From NCBI GenBank assembly GCA_028023455.1, contig JAQFVV010000011.1, positions 2,790,001 through 2,854,000 on the forward strand: a DNA stretch of 64,000 nt, written 5' to 3'. Below, one piece after another: positions 50,661-62,400 of the stretch. The position numbers were made by a program, and so were the translations under genes. The first letter of the stretch is position 1. Each line of letters begins with the position of its first letter. A model generated the notes under the pieces. That model saw only the letters and a list, made by a program, of their open reading frames with translations. It did no database searches and was not told where the DNA came from. Origin of the DNA: Epiperipatus broadwayi. Taxonomy: Eukaryota > Animalia > Onychophora.

Positions 50661-52952
50661 ATGGATTTTATATATTATAAGCAAGTATTGCGTATCGGTT
50701 TGTCAATTAATATGTTTCAACAACGTATTACGTTTTTGAAAAAGTGTGAAGAATTCAAGATAATCCCGAACTGTTGCAGAGTTAAAATTGATAGATCTAT
50801 TTATAATTTTGATAAAATCAAGATGCAATTGCAGCACCAACTGCTCGTATCTATTATTAAAGGTTGTAAGAGGGCATTACGTAGGGAGAAAAGAAGGTGG
50901 TCTATTATTTCTGTACGTGGTATTATTCCACAATTTATTTTGAACAAATTTAAGAAGAATGAGGATATGCTTGTTAAAAGATTTGAGTTAAAACTTAACT
51001 TTCTGGCATATAAGCAAAATATTGTTTTACCATCTGCGGTTGAAAACAAATTTGTGAATCTGTCTGGTGTAAATATTCCGGAGGATGTTAAGTATGTTTT
51101 AGAACGAGGTCCTAAATTTATTGGAGGTCAATGGGCAAAGCCGAAGATTGAGCTGATTGCGGATGTTGAAGCTTCATTATTAAATAATCCCCTTAGAGAT
51201 GTTTGTGTTGGTAATATAGTGAAGATTATTAATAATAGAAATCTCAACAATAATAATTTGAATTGGAATAAGTGCATATCACATACAAAACAATTTATAT
51301 GTGAGCATGATATTGTTTGCATGAAAGAAGATAAGGGGAACAGGTTTGTTTTGATGAAAGAGGAGGAATTTGCGGATAAAATTTTTATGCAAATTGATAA
51401 ATTAAAGTTTAAAAAGATTGAAAGATTTAATTGTAAGCTTAATCATGAGAAATTTATTGCTAGTGTTTTACGTAAAGAAAAAGAGAAAGCATTAACAAAA
51501 TTAGAGTATTTTAAAGTTTACCCGTCTGCATCATCCCTTCCTAGAATTTTTGCAAATGTTAAATTACATAAACGAGATAGGCCTTTACGTTTAATGATGG
51601 ATTTTGGTAGTGTACATTATTTTGAAACTTCTGTTTTGATTAATCGTTGGTTGATTGATGCTATAGGTTTTGGGTTGTTTACAGTCAATTCATCGTTTAA
51701 ATTTATTGATGTTATTAAAGATGCTAAAATTAATTCTAATTTTAAATCGGCAGCGCTGGATGTTATGGAATTGTATGGGTCCATTGATCGTAAGCAGTCA
51801 ATAGATATAGTCAAGTTATCTTTACTTGATAAAGTCTTTCCATCTAATAAAGTTGACTTTATTGTTGGATTTTTGACTTGGCTGGATGAAAATTTAGTGG
51901 CTACATTTAAAGATTCTTGTTTTCAAATGATGAATGGTTGGCCTATGGGACTTCCTCTTAGTGGAATTCTTTCTAGTATAGTTTTAGACCATTTTGAACG
52001 TAGTATTATTCCTACATTTATTAACTCTGTACCAGATATTATCTACACTAGATATGTAGATGATATATTTATTGTGGCTCCTGAAAATATCATTTTGGAG
52101 ATTCAAAGTAGTATTCATGAGGCTACCAGTTTAAATCTTATGATAAATTGGGAAGATGCATTACAGGAAGTGAAATATTTAGATATTATTGTGCATAGAA
52201 CAGAGGATCATTTGGACTACCGTATGTTTGTGAAACCTATTGAAGTTAGGGGTTTAATTCATCCACATTCATACTCTCCCCAAGTGCACAAGTTGGCATC
52301 TTTGAATTCATTTTTATATAGAAACCACCATCTTTGCAAATTTGAGGCACATAGGAAAGAAAATCTTATTTGTTTTATTGAGGACTTAGTCAAACTTGGA
52401 CATAAACGTTCAATTATTAACAATAGAGTTGTAAAATTTTTACATAATTTGCAGTTTAAACCTGACAAGATTGAAAAACCTCGTATAGTTTTACCATTTA
52501 TTCATTCTATTGCAAAACAGTTAATTAATAAGTTATCTCCAGATTTTCAAGTAATTTTTCATTCACCTCCAAATACTAATAGATTGATTAACAATTCAAA
52601 ATTTAAAATTGAATCTAACTTAACTCAGCATGTGGTTTATAGTGTTTCTTGTCCTCATAAAGATTGTGGTTCTATTTATTATGGTGAAACTAAAACCAAT
52701 ATTTTAAATAGAGTGTCACAGCATAAATATTTATATCATCGTACTAAATCTAAATTTTTGGGAAATTCAGTGTTTATGGAACATGAAAATAAGGCTGGAC
52801 ACTTATGTCAACCAGTAGAGGCAAAATTAGTGTGTACGGAGAAGAATGACGTAAAGCGTAAGGTTAAAGAAGCTTGTTTTATAGCTGGTAATCCTAATGC
52901 TATTAATAGAAAGGATTCTTGTTTTAATATTTCTAAAATATGGACTTTATAA
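50661..52952 (+). CDS. PLE polyprotein, 763 aa from the first ATG: reverse transcriptase + GIY-YIG endonuclease
   Basis: RT: PRIFANVKLHK..RPLR, ALDVMELY, QMMNGWPMGLPLS, YTRYVDDIF, KYLDIIV. EN: VVYSVSCPHKDCGSIYYGET...R...H...EH.....H...KEACFI. No internal stops; the ATG lies immediately after the 5' pLTR. Confidence 0.93.
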   Translation: MDFIYYKQVLRIGLSINMFQQRITFLKKCEEFKIIPNCCRVKIDRSIYNFDKIKMQLQHQLLVSIIKGCKRALRREKRRWSIISVRGIIPQFILNKFKKNEDMLVKRFELKLNFLAYKQNIVLPSAVENKFVNLSGVNIPEDVKYVLERGPKFIGGQWAKPKIELIADVEASLLNNPLRDVCVGNIVKIINNRNLNNNNLNWNKCISHTKQFICEHDIVCMKEDKGNRFVLMKEEEFADKIFMQIDKLKFKKIERFNCKLNHEKFIASVLRKEKEKALTKLEYFKVYPSASSLPRIFANVKLHKRDRPLRLMMDFGSVHYFETSVLINRWLIDAIGFGLFTVNSSFKFIDVIKDAKINSNFKSAALDVMELYGSIDRKQSIDIVKLSLLDKVFPSNKVDFIVGFLTWLDENLVATFKDSCFQMMNGWPMGLPLSGILSSIVLDHFERSIIPTFINSVPDIIYTRYVDDIFIVAPENIILEIQSSIHEATSLNLMINWEDALQEVKYLDIIVHRTEDHLDYRMFVKPIEVRGLIHPHSYSPQVHKLASLNSFLYRNHHLCKFEAHRKENLICFIEDLVKLGHKRSIINNRVVKFLHNLQFKPDKIEKPRIVLPFIHSIAKQLINKLSPDFQVIFHSPPNTNRLINNSKFKIESNLTQHVVYSVSCPHKDCGSIYYGETKTNILNRVSQHKYLYHRTKSKFLGNSVFMEHENKAGHLCQPVEAKLVCTEKNDVKRKVKEACFIAGNPNAINRKDSCFNISKIWTL

Positions 52953-53066
52953 TATTTATTTATTTATATTGTATTTTATTTATTTATTTAGAGTTAGTTT
53001 ACATCTTATTTGAGATACGCATTTTGCTTGTGAATAAGTGTTTATATTTTGCATTTGTTTTGTATT

Positions 53067-53111
53067 GAGCTATGATTATGGAGGCTTAAGTCCCCCGAAA
53101 GCGCTCAGCTT
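53067..53111 (+). ncRNA. Identical hammerhead variant in the 3' pLTR (3' UTR of the ORF)
   Basis: Same sequence as 50509-50553; cut predicted after 53106. Confidence 0.72.
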
Positions 53112-54066
53112 TATTGTTATAATTTTATATTTAAAGCTTCAGCAACTGTGTTTTATCACAGTTAATTTTTTTTTAATTTATTGATTTTTGTTGAAGTATA
53201 TACATACATTCTTTTCATCTTTATAACTACAAATAAAGACCACAAGTTGCAAGAAAAATAAATATGTATAAAGTTAAGGTCTAGATCTTCTTTTGCTTCT
53301 GTAAGCTAGATAATCACCTGAAAGTATTATATACTAACATATAGTCTATGCTACATGTATTCAGTATATAGGCATAAACGTTCTTTTTAAGAAATTGATT
53401 TTAAGTACAGTTCAGTGTTACACCTATTTTAATTTCATTAAAATTGCACTACTGGTTATTAGTTTTTTTTATTGAAGGAGTTAGAATTGGTTTATAATTA
53501 AATAAATCTATTTTTTGTAAACAGTATTTGTAACTATTCTTCTAACTATTTACAGCATCACTTCACAGACACAATACATTAAATTTAATGAATTGTTTAT
53601 CACAAGAGTAGAAGTTGTTTTTAATTAAACAATTCTTACTCGAGATAAATAACTATTTGTAAACTCACCTACATAGAATTATTTTCATTAATTAGTTTTC
53701 TCTCAAGAAGCTATTAATCATTTATTTAAAAGTAATCACTTATTTAATGAACACAGCAATATAGCACCAATTATAAAAACATTTCTGGCTATATATATAC
53801 AACTTGTAACAAATACTTGCTTATGGTTTTATTACTCTGGTATTTTAAAAAGATTGTGATAAATTTATTTATTTAGAAGGTAGTCTGAATTTTTATGAAT
53901 CAAATGTCTTGCTATTCATTTAATGTTAATTTCAATACAAGCACACATATCTCTTATTATTTTATTATATTTATAACAAAATGTCCTTTTTCAATCATAA
54001 TTAAACTATTGCAGGATAAAAATATATGTGGATTGAGTTCAATTTTGCTGAGTGTAATTTCTACTT

Positions 54067-54454
54067 AAAACTCTAAGACATCACATAATCACCATTTCCT
54101 ATGGCTTCACAAGCTGTTAAAACACTAGGTAATCCTAATGTATGGAGAATTTTCTGTTTTAACAGCTTGTGCAAGCATAGAAAATGGTAATCATGTGACA
54201 TTTTAATGGTTTAAAACCAATCCCACCTATAGGATTATGGTGACTATGGTTATTAAAAAACCAAAGACATCAAAATGTATAGATGCTGAACTGGGTTCAA
54301 ATTTCATTATACGACAGAATTAACTTGGATTGACACTTATTTTTATGTTGGACTCATAGCTTTGTAGTTAACTAAATAGATGAAGGGTTGCATTAAATTC
54401 TAAGATTTATGTGCAGTGCTCTCAAATCTAAGACTACTCGCTGATGAAAGCCAC
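54067..54454. mobile_element. HHR family 1 copy whose plus arm reads through the family end motif and stops inside the hammerhead
   Basis: Inverted pair 54067-54125 / 54155-54215. The plus arm continues into ggtgactatgg...gctgaactgggttca...gtgcagtgctctca and ends at CTGATGA aagccac (54441-54454). Confidence 0.8.
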
Positions 54455-54674
54455 TAGATTTGATTTTCTATTGTAAGCTTTTTCAGCAATATATGCAGAC
54501 AGGCAACATTTGTCTTTTTATTTTTAATAATGCTAGGGATATATTTAGTGTATATTCTCTCATCCACATATTTTACTTTTTTATATAATAATTCCAATGT
54601 ATACTTTACTGTGTAATTTGAAAATTCTTTCTGTATAATAGTGTCCAATTGTCTATTAAACATAGGTAGAAATA

Positions 54675-54776
54675 TTTTTTTTCTTTTTTTTTCCATATCT
54701 CAAAGCATCATCTGGGAAGCGAACCCGCAACAACTGCTTGCAAGGCAGCTGCCCTGATCTCTCAGCTACCAACACT
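54675..54776 (-). mobile_element. tRNA-derived SINE (old copy with internal deletion)
   Basis: agcatc..ctgggaagcgaaccc and tgcttgcaaggcagctgc match the SINE consensus. Confidence 0.8.
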
Positions 54777-55880
54777 TGAATATAAGCATATTTCCTTTTA
54801 ATATTACTTCCAAACTTTAACTATATTATTAATTTCGTTTATTATATTTTTATCTGTATCAAAATTTGACTTTCATAACAGCAATATTTATTTTTTTGAA
54901 AAGCTAATGTTTTTTTATTATTTTCACATGACAGCTCTTGTAATACTTTCTTAATTCTAAAGCATTATTGAAAAATAATGGAATCATCACAAAGAACCTT
55001 TAGTTATCCAAAAGCAATTCTCTCTCACTCTAATTTGGAACCTTCTATTGATGATTGAGTAATCATTGGACACAAAATAGTGTGATATCCCCATCCCTTG
55101 ACCAATTTTCAGGGATTGCTTTCATTGGTGAGAATTAGGATTCATGTTTATAGTCTAGAGTAAATGAAGGGTACTGCTCTTGGAAACATATGAATAAATG
55201 TATGAGAAAGTCATGTGATATTGTTATTGGTAATCTGTTTATTATTTTTGTTTTCCATTTTAGTCACAAAATACTTTGCATAAATCTGCTCTTATCACTA
55301 CTAGTGCTTATACACTGCAATACTTTTTTATATAGAATTTACAACATCCTGAATCTATATGATGATGTTCTAATGCAAATAGAGTTCAATATTTTCCAGA
55401 ATCTATACATCAATGCAAAATTTCAACGCATACACATTGTTAATTTCAGTAACTTCTCTTAAATCTCAGATGTGGTCTGTTGTACCATGACTAATATTAA
55501 GTAATATTTTGTTCTTTTGGTCATTGATCTTAATAACCATCTTATATAAAACTAATATATCTTTATTTTTTAATATCTACTTTTCACACCTACTAAATAT
55601 CAACATTGCATTCTTCTAATCTTCATAATATATTTTGATCATTTAGAGCTTTGGTAAAACATTTTTTTAGCATTATAATTAATAATTTCCCTAAAGTAAT
55701 ATAACTTTCTACCTGCATATTTCAAATGTTTTTTTTTTGTAACTCAAATAAGAACTTTTAAATCAAATATTAATCAAGCCTGTGATTATATGTAACTTAA
55801 TTGAATTTTTCCTTCATTTGTATTTGTAATTCAAAGGTTCATTCATTTATTCAACTTCAAACCAAATTGTTTTTTTTTTT

Positions 55881-56445
55881 TTATAACCTAAAGTTAAGTG
55901 CACTTTTGGTAAAGTTCACCATAACCATAGCTCTCTTTATCTTTTTTATAACCTAAGGCTGAGCACACTTTTAATGACTTCACAATAATCATCTCTCTTT
56001 ATTTCAAGAAAGCCATGACAATGGTGAACTTCACCAAAAGTGCATCCAGCTTTAGATTATAGAGAAAAAAACACTTCATTATGCAGTATGATTATGGTGA
56101 ACTTTACACTCAGCATTAGATTATATAAAAAAAGAAACCATTTCATTATGCAGTATGATTATGGTGAACTTCACCAAAAGTGTACTCAGTTTTAATTATA
56201 CAGACAAAAGAAACCACTTCATTATGCAGTATGATTATGGTGAACTTCATCAAAAGCACACTCAGCTTTAGATTATAAAGAAATAGTAAACCACTTCATT
56301 ATGCAGTATGATTATGGTGAACTTCACCATAAGCACATTCAGCATTAGATTATATAAAAAAAATCACTTCATTTGTTTATGGTGAACTTCACCAAAAGCA
56401 CATTCAGCATTAGATAATAAAGAAGAAAGAAACCATTTCATTACA
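55881..56445. repeat. Minisatellite of ~70-80-bp units (2 inverted + 6 forward), each a decayed AUGAUUA-type hammerhead
   Basis: The unit reads ATGATTA T GGTGA-act-TCACC AAAA GYRYRY TC AGCTT, the same layout as the PLE ribozyme at 50509. Confidence 0.8.
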
Positions 56446-57266
56446 CAGATGAACAAACTTATGTAAATTTGAATATATCTTAATTGTAAAAGAAACACAT
56501 GCCAATTTATGTCATCTTTTAGACTACTGCACTGGGTCAGAATCCAGAATAAAGGGTGCTTTACAATCCCCATAAAATATTAAAGTGTAATGGAATAATT
56601 TATTTTGAATCAATCATTACACAATTTTTTTCACATTTTCTTTATTTTCAAACTAGACTATTCTTTTTTCTAGTATACCATTAATCGTAGTTTTTTAAAT
56701 TCATGTTTTCATTCAATACTTGTATATTCTTGAACATTATTATCATATATCTACTCTTATCCACTCAATATACCATTCAATTTTTATGCTTTATATAAGT
56801 TAATAATTCTGTCGCATTCATTTTTTATTCTTGAGATCCACTCAAACAGTTGCCAAGTATAATGTTAAAATGCCTTGCATGGCTTGGCACTGTTGGTAGA
56901 GTGTCTGACTTGGGATCAGGATGCCATGCCCTACACAGTTGGTAGAATGTGACTTAGGATTGGAAGCTCTCAGAATTCCTAAGCAATAAAGTCATATGAC
57001 CTGTTTTTTAACTTTAAAATTAGACATATGAATCAATCTTAACCTATTTAGTAACAAATTTTACTTTGCTTCATTTTTCATATCATATTTGTTGATATTA
57101 CTGATTTTTTTTTTGACAACATAAATCATTTTACCATCATTCTTTATCGTCATGTTAACAATGAAATTTGGGAGTGACATATATAATTTAAGAAGCATTT
57201 TATTAGCAATTATGGAATTCATAATGTCTGATATTTAATAATTTACTTCCAATGTTAAATCCTAAG

Positions 57267-57305
57267 CCTCACTGATGAGTGCAAAATCCAGAAACATGTA
57301 TGTCC
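57267..57305 (+). ncRNA. Decayed minimal hammerhead (solitary, further family)
   Basis: cctca CTGATGA gtgcaaaatcca GAAA CATG TA tgtcc: intact core, palindromic ACAUGU and a GUA triplet. Stems I and II are largely unpaired. Confidence 0.5.
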
Positions 57306-59039
57306 TATCATTTAGTAATCATTGGTTACCCAAGCTTATTGAACTCTGCTCCTGGTTCTTCACTATATTAGGACTGAGTCTGTTTTGAGATTAGTTTTTA
57401 TGCTTATATATCTGTTTACAAACACTTCTGAAAAATGATGTAAATGTTTGAATTATTATTATTATTTTGTCTTTTTAGTTTTGTATTAAAATATATCTCA
57501 CTGTGCCATCATTTGGATGCTTATTGTGTGATGTTTATAAGTTACTTTTATTTTTCTTCACAAATTTACAAGTAAATATATCTCTCAATTCATTATATAT
57601 ATAAATAAATTTAACAGCAACACTTTTTTCTTGGAAATGTTTACTGATTATGACATTAAAATCTGCCATGACAATTATAAAATATTGTTTGGTTTATTTA
57701 GAAAAACATTCTGTACATCTATATAAAAGCCCTTCAATTCTTTATCAAAATGAAAACTCAATAAGGTAATAACAACTGAAGTATATTAAATTTAATATTT
57801 TTCATTGAGCATAATATCTAATGTCACTTTTTAATATACCATCAATTTCAATACATTTGTTTTTCTATATTTTATTTGTAATATAATAAATGAGACCATT
57901 GTGTAAAAAACAACACATTAATAATTGTGAATTTTATAAAGTAAATGACACTTTTACATTTGAGAATTTCATAAAATAAATAAACTCTTTTTAAATATAT
58001 ATATAACATTAGAAACCAATCAACACTTAGACAATCCCAATATAGTTAATAATCAACAATCTCAAACTGTTGTCAAGGCAACCTGCAAAACAATAAAGGT
58101 GAAATATATATATTATTTATAATATTTGTAAAAAAAAAACATAATTTCTAACTATTTTTAAATATGATTATATATTTGCTTGTTAATTATAAGGAACACA
58201 ACATTTAATAGTAGTGTGTGTTTCATTTCTCATGCCTTGAAATGATGCAAATGAAATCTGCTTGTTATAAAAAAAATTTCAAAACTATTTTGATTTGTGG
58301 TTAGTGTTGTTGAGGCTTGGCACAGATGATGAAGATTCTTCTGCACTGTGAAACTGGTCTTCTAACTCAGTTAATTAAATAATCAGCTATTAAAAGGCAC
58401 ATAAATGCTCTTATCCATAAGATATGGCTCTACAATGTATTAATTATATAATTGTTTATGTTTTTTTTAGAATGAATTCCATTCCTATTTTATTTATAAT
58501 ATCTATACATTTGTAATAGAGCATATGTGTTCTATTTTCAAATTGATGGACTCTTCAAATATTTTGACAATATTCTACTTAATATTTTATGGTTCTTCTA
58601 ATTCCTGCAATAATTTTTCCACTTGAAAATAATCAAGTATCCAAATAAAAAAGCAACATCATATAACAACTAAAGCCCAAAACCTGATAATTCTTTGTAA
58701 TCTCAGCTTTCAGTCACCAATCTCTGACTTATTTGATAATTTTGCAGCCTATCAATTTATAAGTGAAATATAAAAAGTAAATATTAACATATGCATGTCA
58801 ACCCTAAAAAAAATTTCATTCAATATTTTTTTAAAAAAAAAAAAATGGTTCTGAGAGAAAAAAAAAAGACGATATTTTCTAGTCTTCTATTTACAACTAA
58901 AAGCATAAATACATAATGCTAACTCACATATGTGAATAATAATCCCAGAATATATTATTTCACCATATAAAGTGGTCTTTCCCTAACAGTAAAGATTTAT
59001 GCATGCTTGCTATCATTCCAGAATATACTATTGAATCAT

Positions 59040-59496
59040 CACATGATCACCATTTCTTATGCTTGCTCATAACTGTTATTAAAACAGGCAAAACTCTCCA
59101 TACAGTAGTGCCAGTCAGTGCAAGCTAGAGTAATCAATGGATGCCAGAAGGCTTGTGCATAAATTCCCTATCTAGTACCTACTCATCCAATATCCCCAGA
59201 CTAGTTTCTAACTTGTGGCTTGATTAAAAATATTATTGTGTTTTCAATTTTAAACTCATAGTTTTGTAGTTAAGTAGAGATAAAAGGTGACTGCTGGAGC
59301 TGCATTAGAACCTAAGATCTAGGTGCAGTGCTCTCAGATCCAAGACTCCTCACCGACAAAGGCCACAAGCCAGAAACTAGTCTGGGGATATTGGATGAGT
59401 AGGCACTAGATAGGGATTTTATGCACAAGCCTTCTGGCATCCACTGATTACTCTGGCTTACATTGAGAGGTATGGAGAGTTTTGCGTGTTTTAATA
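59040..59496. mobile_element. HHR family 1 copy with long inverted arms and 13-bp TSD (1 mismatch)
   Basis: TSD ACTATT(G/T)AATCAT at 59027-59039 and 59497-59509. Minus arm 59040-59220, plus arm ~59217-59496. The HHR at 59347-59388 has a mutated core (CCGACAA). Confidence 0.9.
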
Positions 59497-62400
59497 ACTA
59501 TTTAATCATGTAAGCTGTAACCATAATATTTTTTGCTCTTCCATTTATACAGGAAAGCCACATAATGCTAATTCAAGCATGTTAGTGATTATGCTGGAAT
59601 ATATTGCATTACCATAAAAGTCAGCAATCATTTCTTTTATGTTAATGATCATCCTAGAATATATTACATTTTCATATGAACAACAACAACAGTCTTTTTT
59701 TTTTTTTTTATGTTTTCAAAGGGTTTTTTAGTTAGAAACGAAATTATTTTTAAGCAGTCTGTGGATATAAGTAAAATAGTTCACGTACGAAAATATGTAG
59801 GAATGTTCATGCTGAAATTTCTACCATTAAAACAAGTTTGACGATTTAAAAAAATGTGTGCGTATGTATATATAGATTTAAAATATAAAAAACATAATTT
59901 GGCAAATATTTGGACAAATAAAAAATACATTTGACAGTCTACATTTTAATTTAATTCTCTTTTACTTTTTATTTGATTCTTTTTTTTGTATAAAATCAAA
60001 TATTTTAAATTTTCAGAAAACTATTTTGTCTTATAGCAATTATTTAAATCTACATCTCCAGCAGGCTGTGACGTAACTAACCCCAATGAAACAATTATGA
60101 TGCATTGAATTTCGTTTGCAATCTACTTTTAGCTTCCAGTAAATTGTCGATAGCAAATATTAGATTATAACCAGATATTAGACTTTTTTTCAGAAATATT
60201 ATTTGGTGGTGTTTAGTTTCATTCTTTATAATAATTCTGAAAAATATTTCACAAATGTACATACTTGAAAATAACGTTGTATATATTGAAATATAATTTT
60301 TAAGAAATTAAAAATGCTTTCACACAATGGAATATTTTTACATTAACCAAATAAAAAAGAAATGAATAGAACTAATGATATTTGAATAGTAGAATTTATC
60401 CAGAACTAATGTTAATTTCTCTCTAGTAAAATCTCAGAATCCAATAAATAAGAGCAATGTCTTCTCTTTATCACTCCAACGCCATCTAATGTAACTCTAA
60501 TAATCAATGATTTATTAGACAGAATGTCGATTTTATCCAATCTTCAAAACAACTCTGGCTTTTGCTTTTCTCAATGAAAACACGAACTTCAATGCTGAAA
60601 CCATTGCAATGATCTGGCAGCCACTTTTAATTCTTTTTGTATTCTCAAAACAATGGCTTAAAATTCAAAAATTTCCCCAAACTTATAATAGATGGAGCTA
60701 CTGTAATAATTAAAGGAGGCTTTTCTTGTTTATACGTAGTAAGTTGAAAGAAGTAAATGATGAACTAGTATTAGAATCCAATCTTAGTAGGTTCTTAGTC
60801 CAAATTTAGATTGAAATAACTGGGAAAGAGAATATTATAATTAAGCAATTATACCTTCAGTAATTTTAAAACTACATTGTAAACTTTGATAAGCCTTTAT
60901 AATGTTAAAATTGCAAAAAAAGACTAAACGATAAAATTAAAATAGGATTTGGAAAAATAGAGCAAAAGTTCTTGGTGACAGAAAGAACTTTTAATGGTCT
61001 AATCAAAACAAATCAAATCTTTAATAAAAATCTGATCTACAAGATACAAAAAAAATAGCAGAATTCTGCAACCCCAACTTCAACAAAATATAATTTTTTT
61101 TTTTAGAGAAAGCAATTACAATAATTTCTAAAGTAATGAAAATTAGGTATTACATTCTTTTATTTATTTTTGTTACCACAATTTTAACCAAATCATAATT
61201 GATAAAGGTTGAAAATAAACTTGAAACTGTTCTCCTAGTGTATTTTGATAAACTAATTTCTAAAATGAGAAAAGAAGAGACAACCTAACCTTACAGTATA
61301 AAGATTTCCACTCTTTTATTCAATCCACCATGGATAACTCTATTAAATTTATCAACCAATAAACCATTCAGAGACACTTTACAAGTTTGTTTTTAAATTG
61401 CTTCATCTCAGGTCAAAATTTTGATAAAAAGTGAACATTAATGAATCAAAGGCCACAAAGAGCAATACAGTCTCATTATTATCTACAAAATTCATCCATG
61501 ATTGCAGATATAAAAAGATGTGAAGTTTCCTGAAATGCCAGCTTCTCAATTTTTTTTAAAAACCTGCTGTTTTGTGTTGACTATTAAAACTCTCACCATT
61601 AAAGAATTTTTCACAACCCCATTTCAATCTCACACAAGTATAATTATCCATAGATATCCAATTTTATGATATAAAAAATTAATAATTTATAAAGATTCTT
61701 CAATCAATAATACATACGCAAAAACAATTTGTGCTAATTAGAACAAGCACCAATTATTTCCATGCTTAGAAGATTGTTTCAAACATATTAATCAAACTAT
61801 TAAGTATTACATCTCGTTTTATATGTAATGATAAATCTTTCTAGAAATTTTAAATATACTTTTACAGACAAACCTGAAACATACTTCTGTAAAATATATT
61901 TAAAATAATGTACTGTTATTGGCCTTTAATTATTTATTACATACAATATACAGTTAAAAATATTATATATACATTTGCAGCATTATAATGTTAAAAGAAT
62001 ATACTTTAAGACTAACAGAACAAATAAATGTATCACACACTAATTTTAAAAAAATTAAAAAATTATGGATAGAATATATATGTATATATGTTTGAATTTG
62101 ATTGTGTGATTTTATATATCTAATAGCATTTAAATTGTGGCTATTTAAAACATCATTATTTTATACATTAAATACTACATATTTACATGAGATTTTGATC
62201 ATACATTGTTCTCTCTCATGCACATTCTTTCCAATGTGGACATGAAAAAACCATAGTACCCTTGTTGATACAATGTTCATAATAATATGTAAAATCGACA
62301 AAATTAAAACTTTTATTTAGCTTAATTAATATTGAATTAAATACAGCGAGGTCTGACTTAATAAATTAATTGGTTCCCAAAACTTATTTGTTACACCAAT

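Larger units (their letters stand above)
50050..53218 (+). mobile_element. Penelope-like element (Penelope/Poseidon-type) with direct pseudo-LTRs
   Basis: pLTRs at 50050-50659 and 52607-53218; I count 3 substitutions and 2 single-base indels between them. TSD TCATCTTTATAA at 50040-50051 and 53215-53226, overlapping the ends by microhomology. Confidence 0.95.

Noticed and set aside
55891-56445. CRISPR-like array
   Set aside because: The context is eukaryotic, the spacers are themselves homologous, and there are no cas genes; it is a minisatellite.
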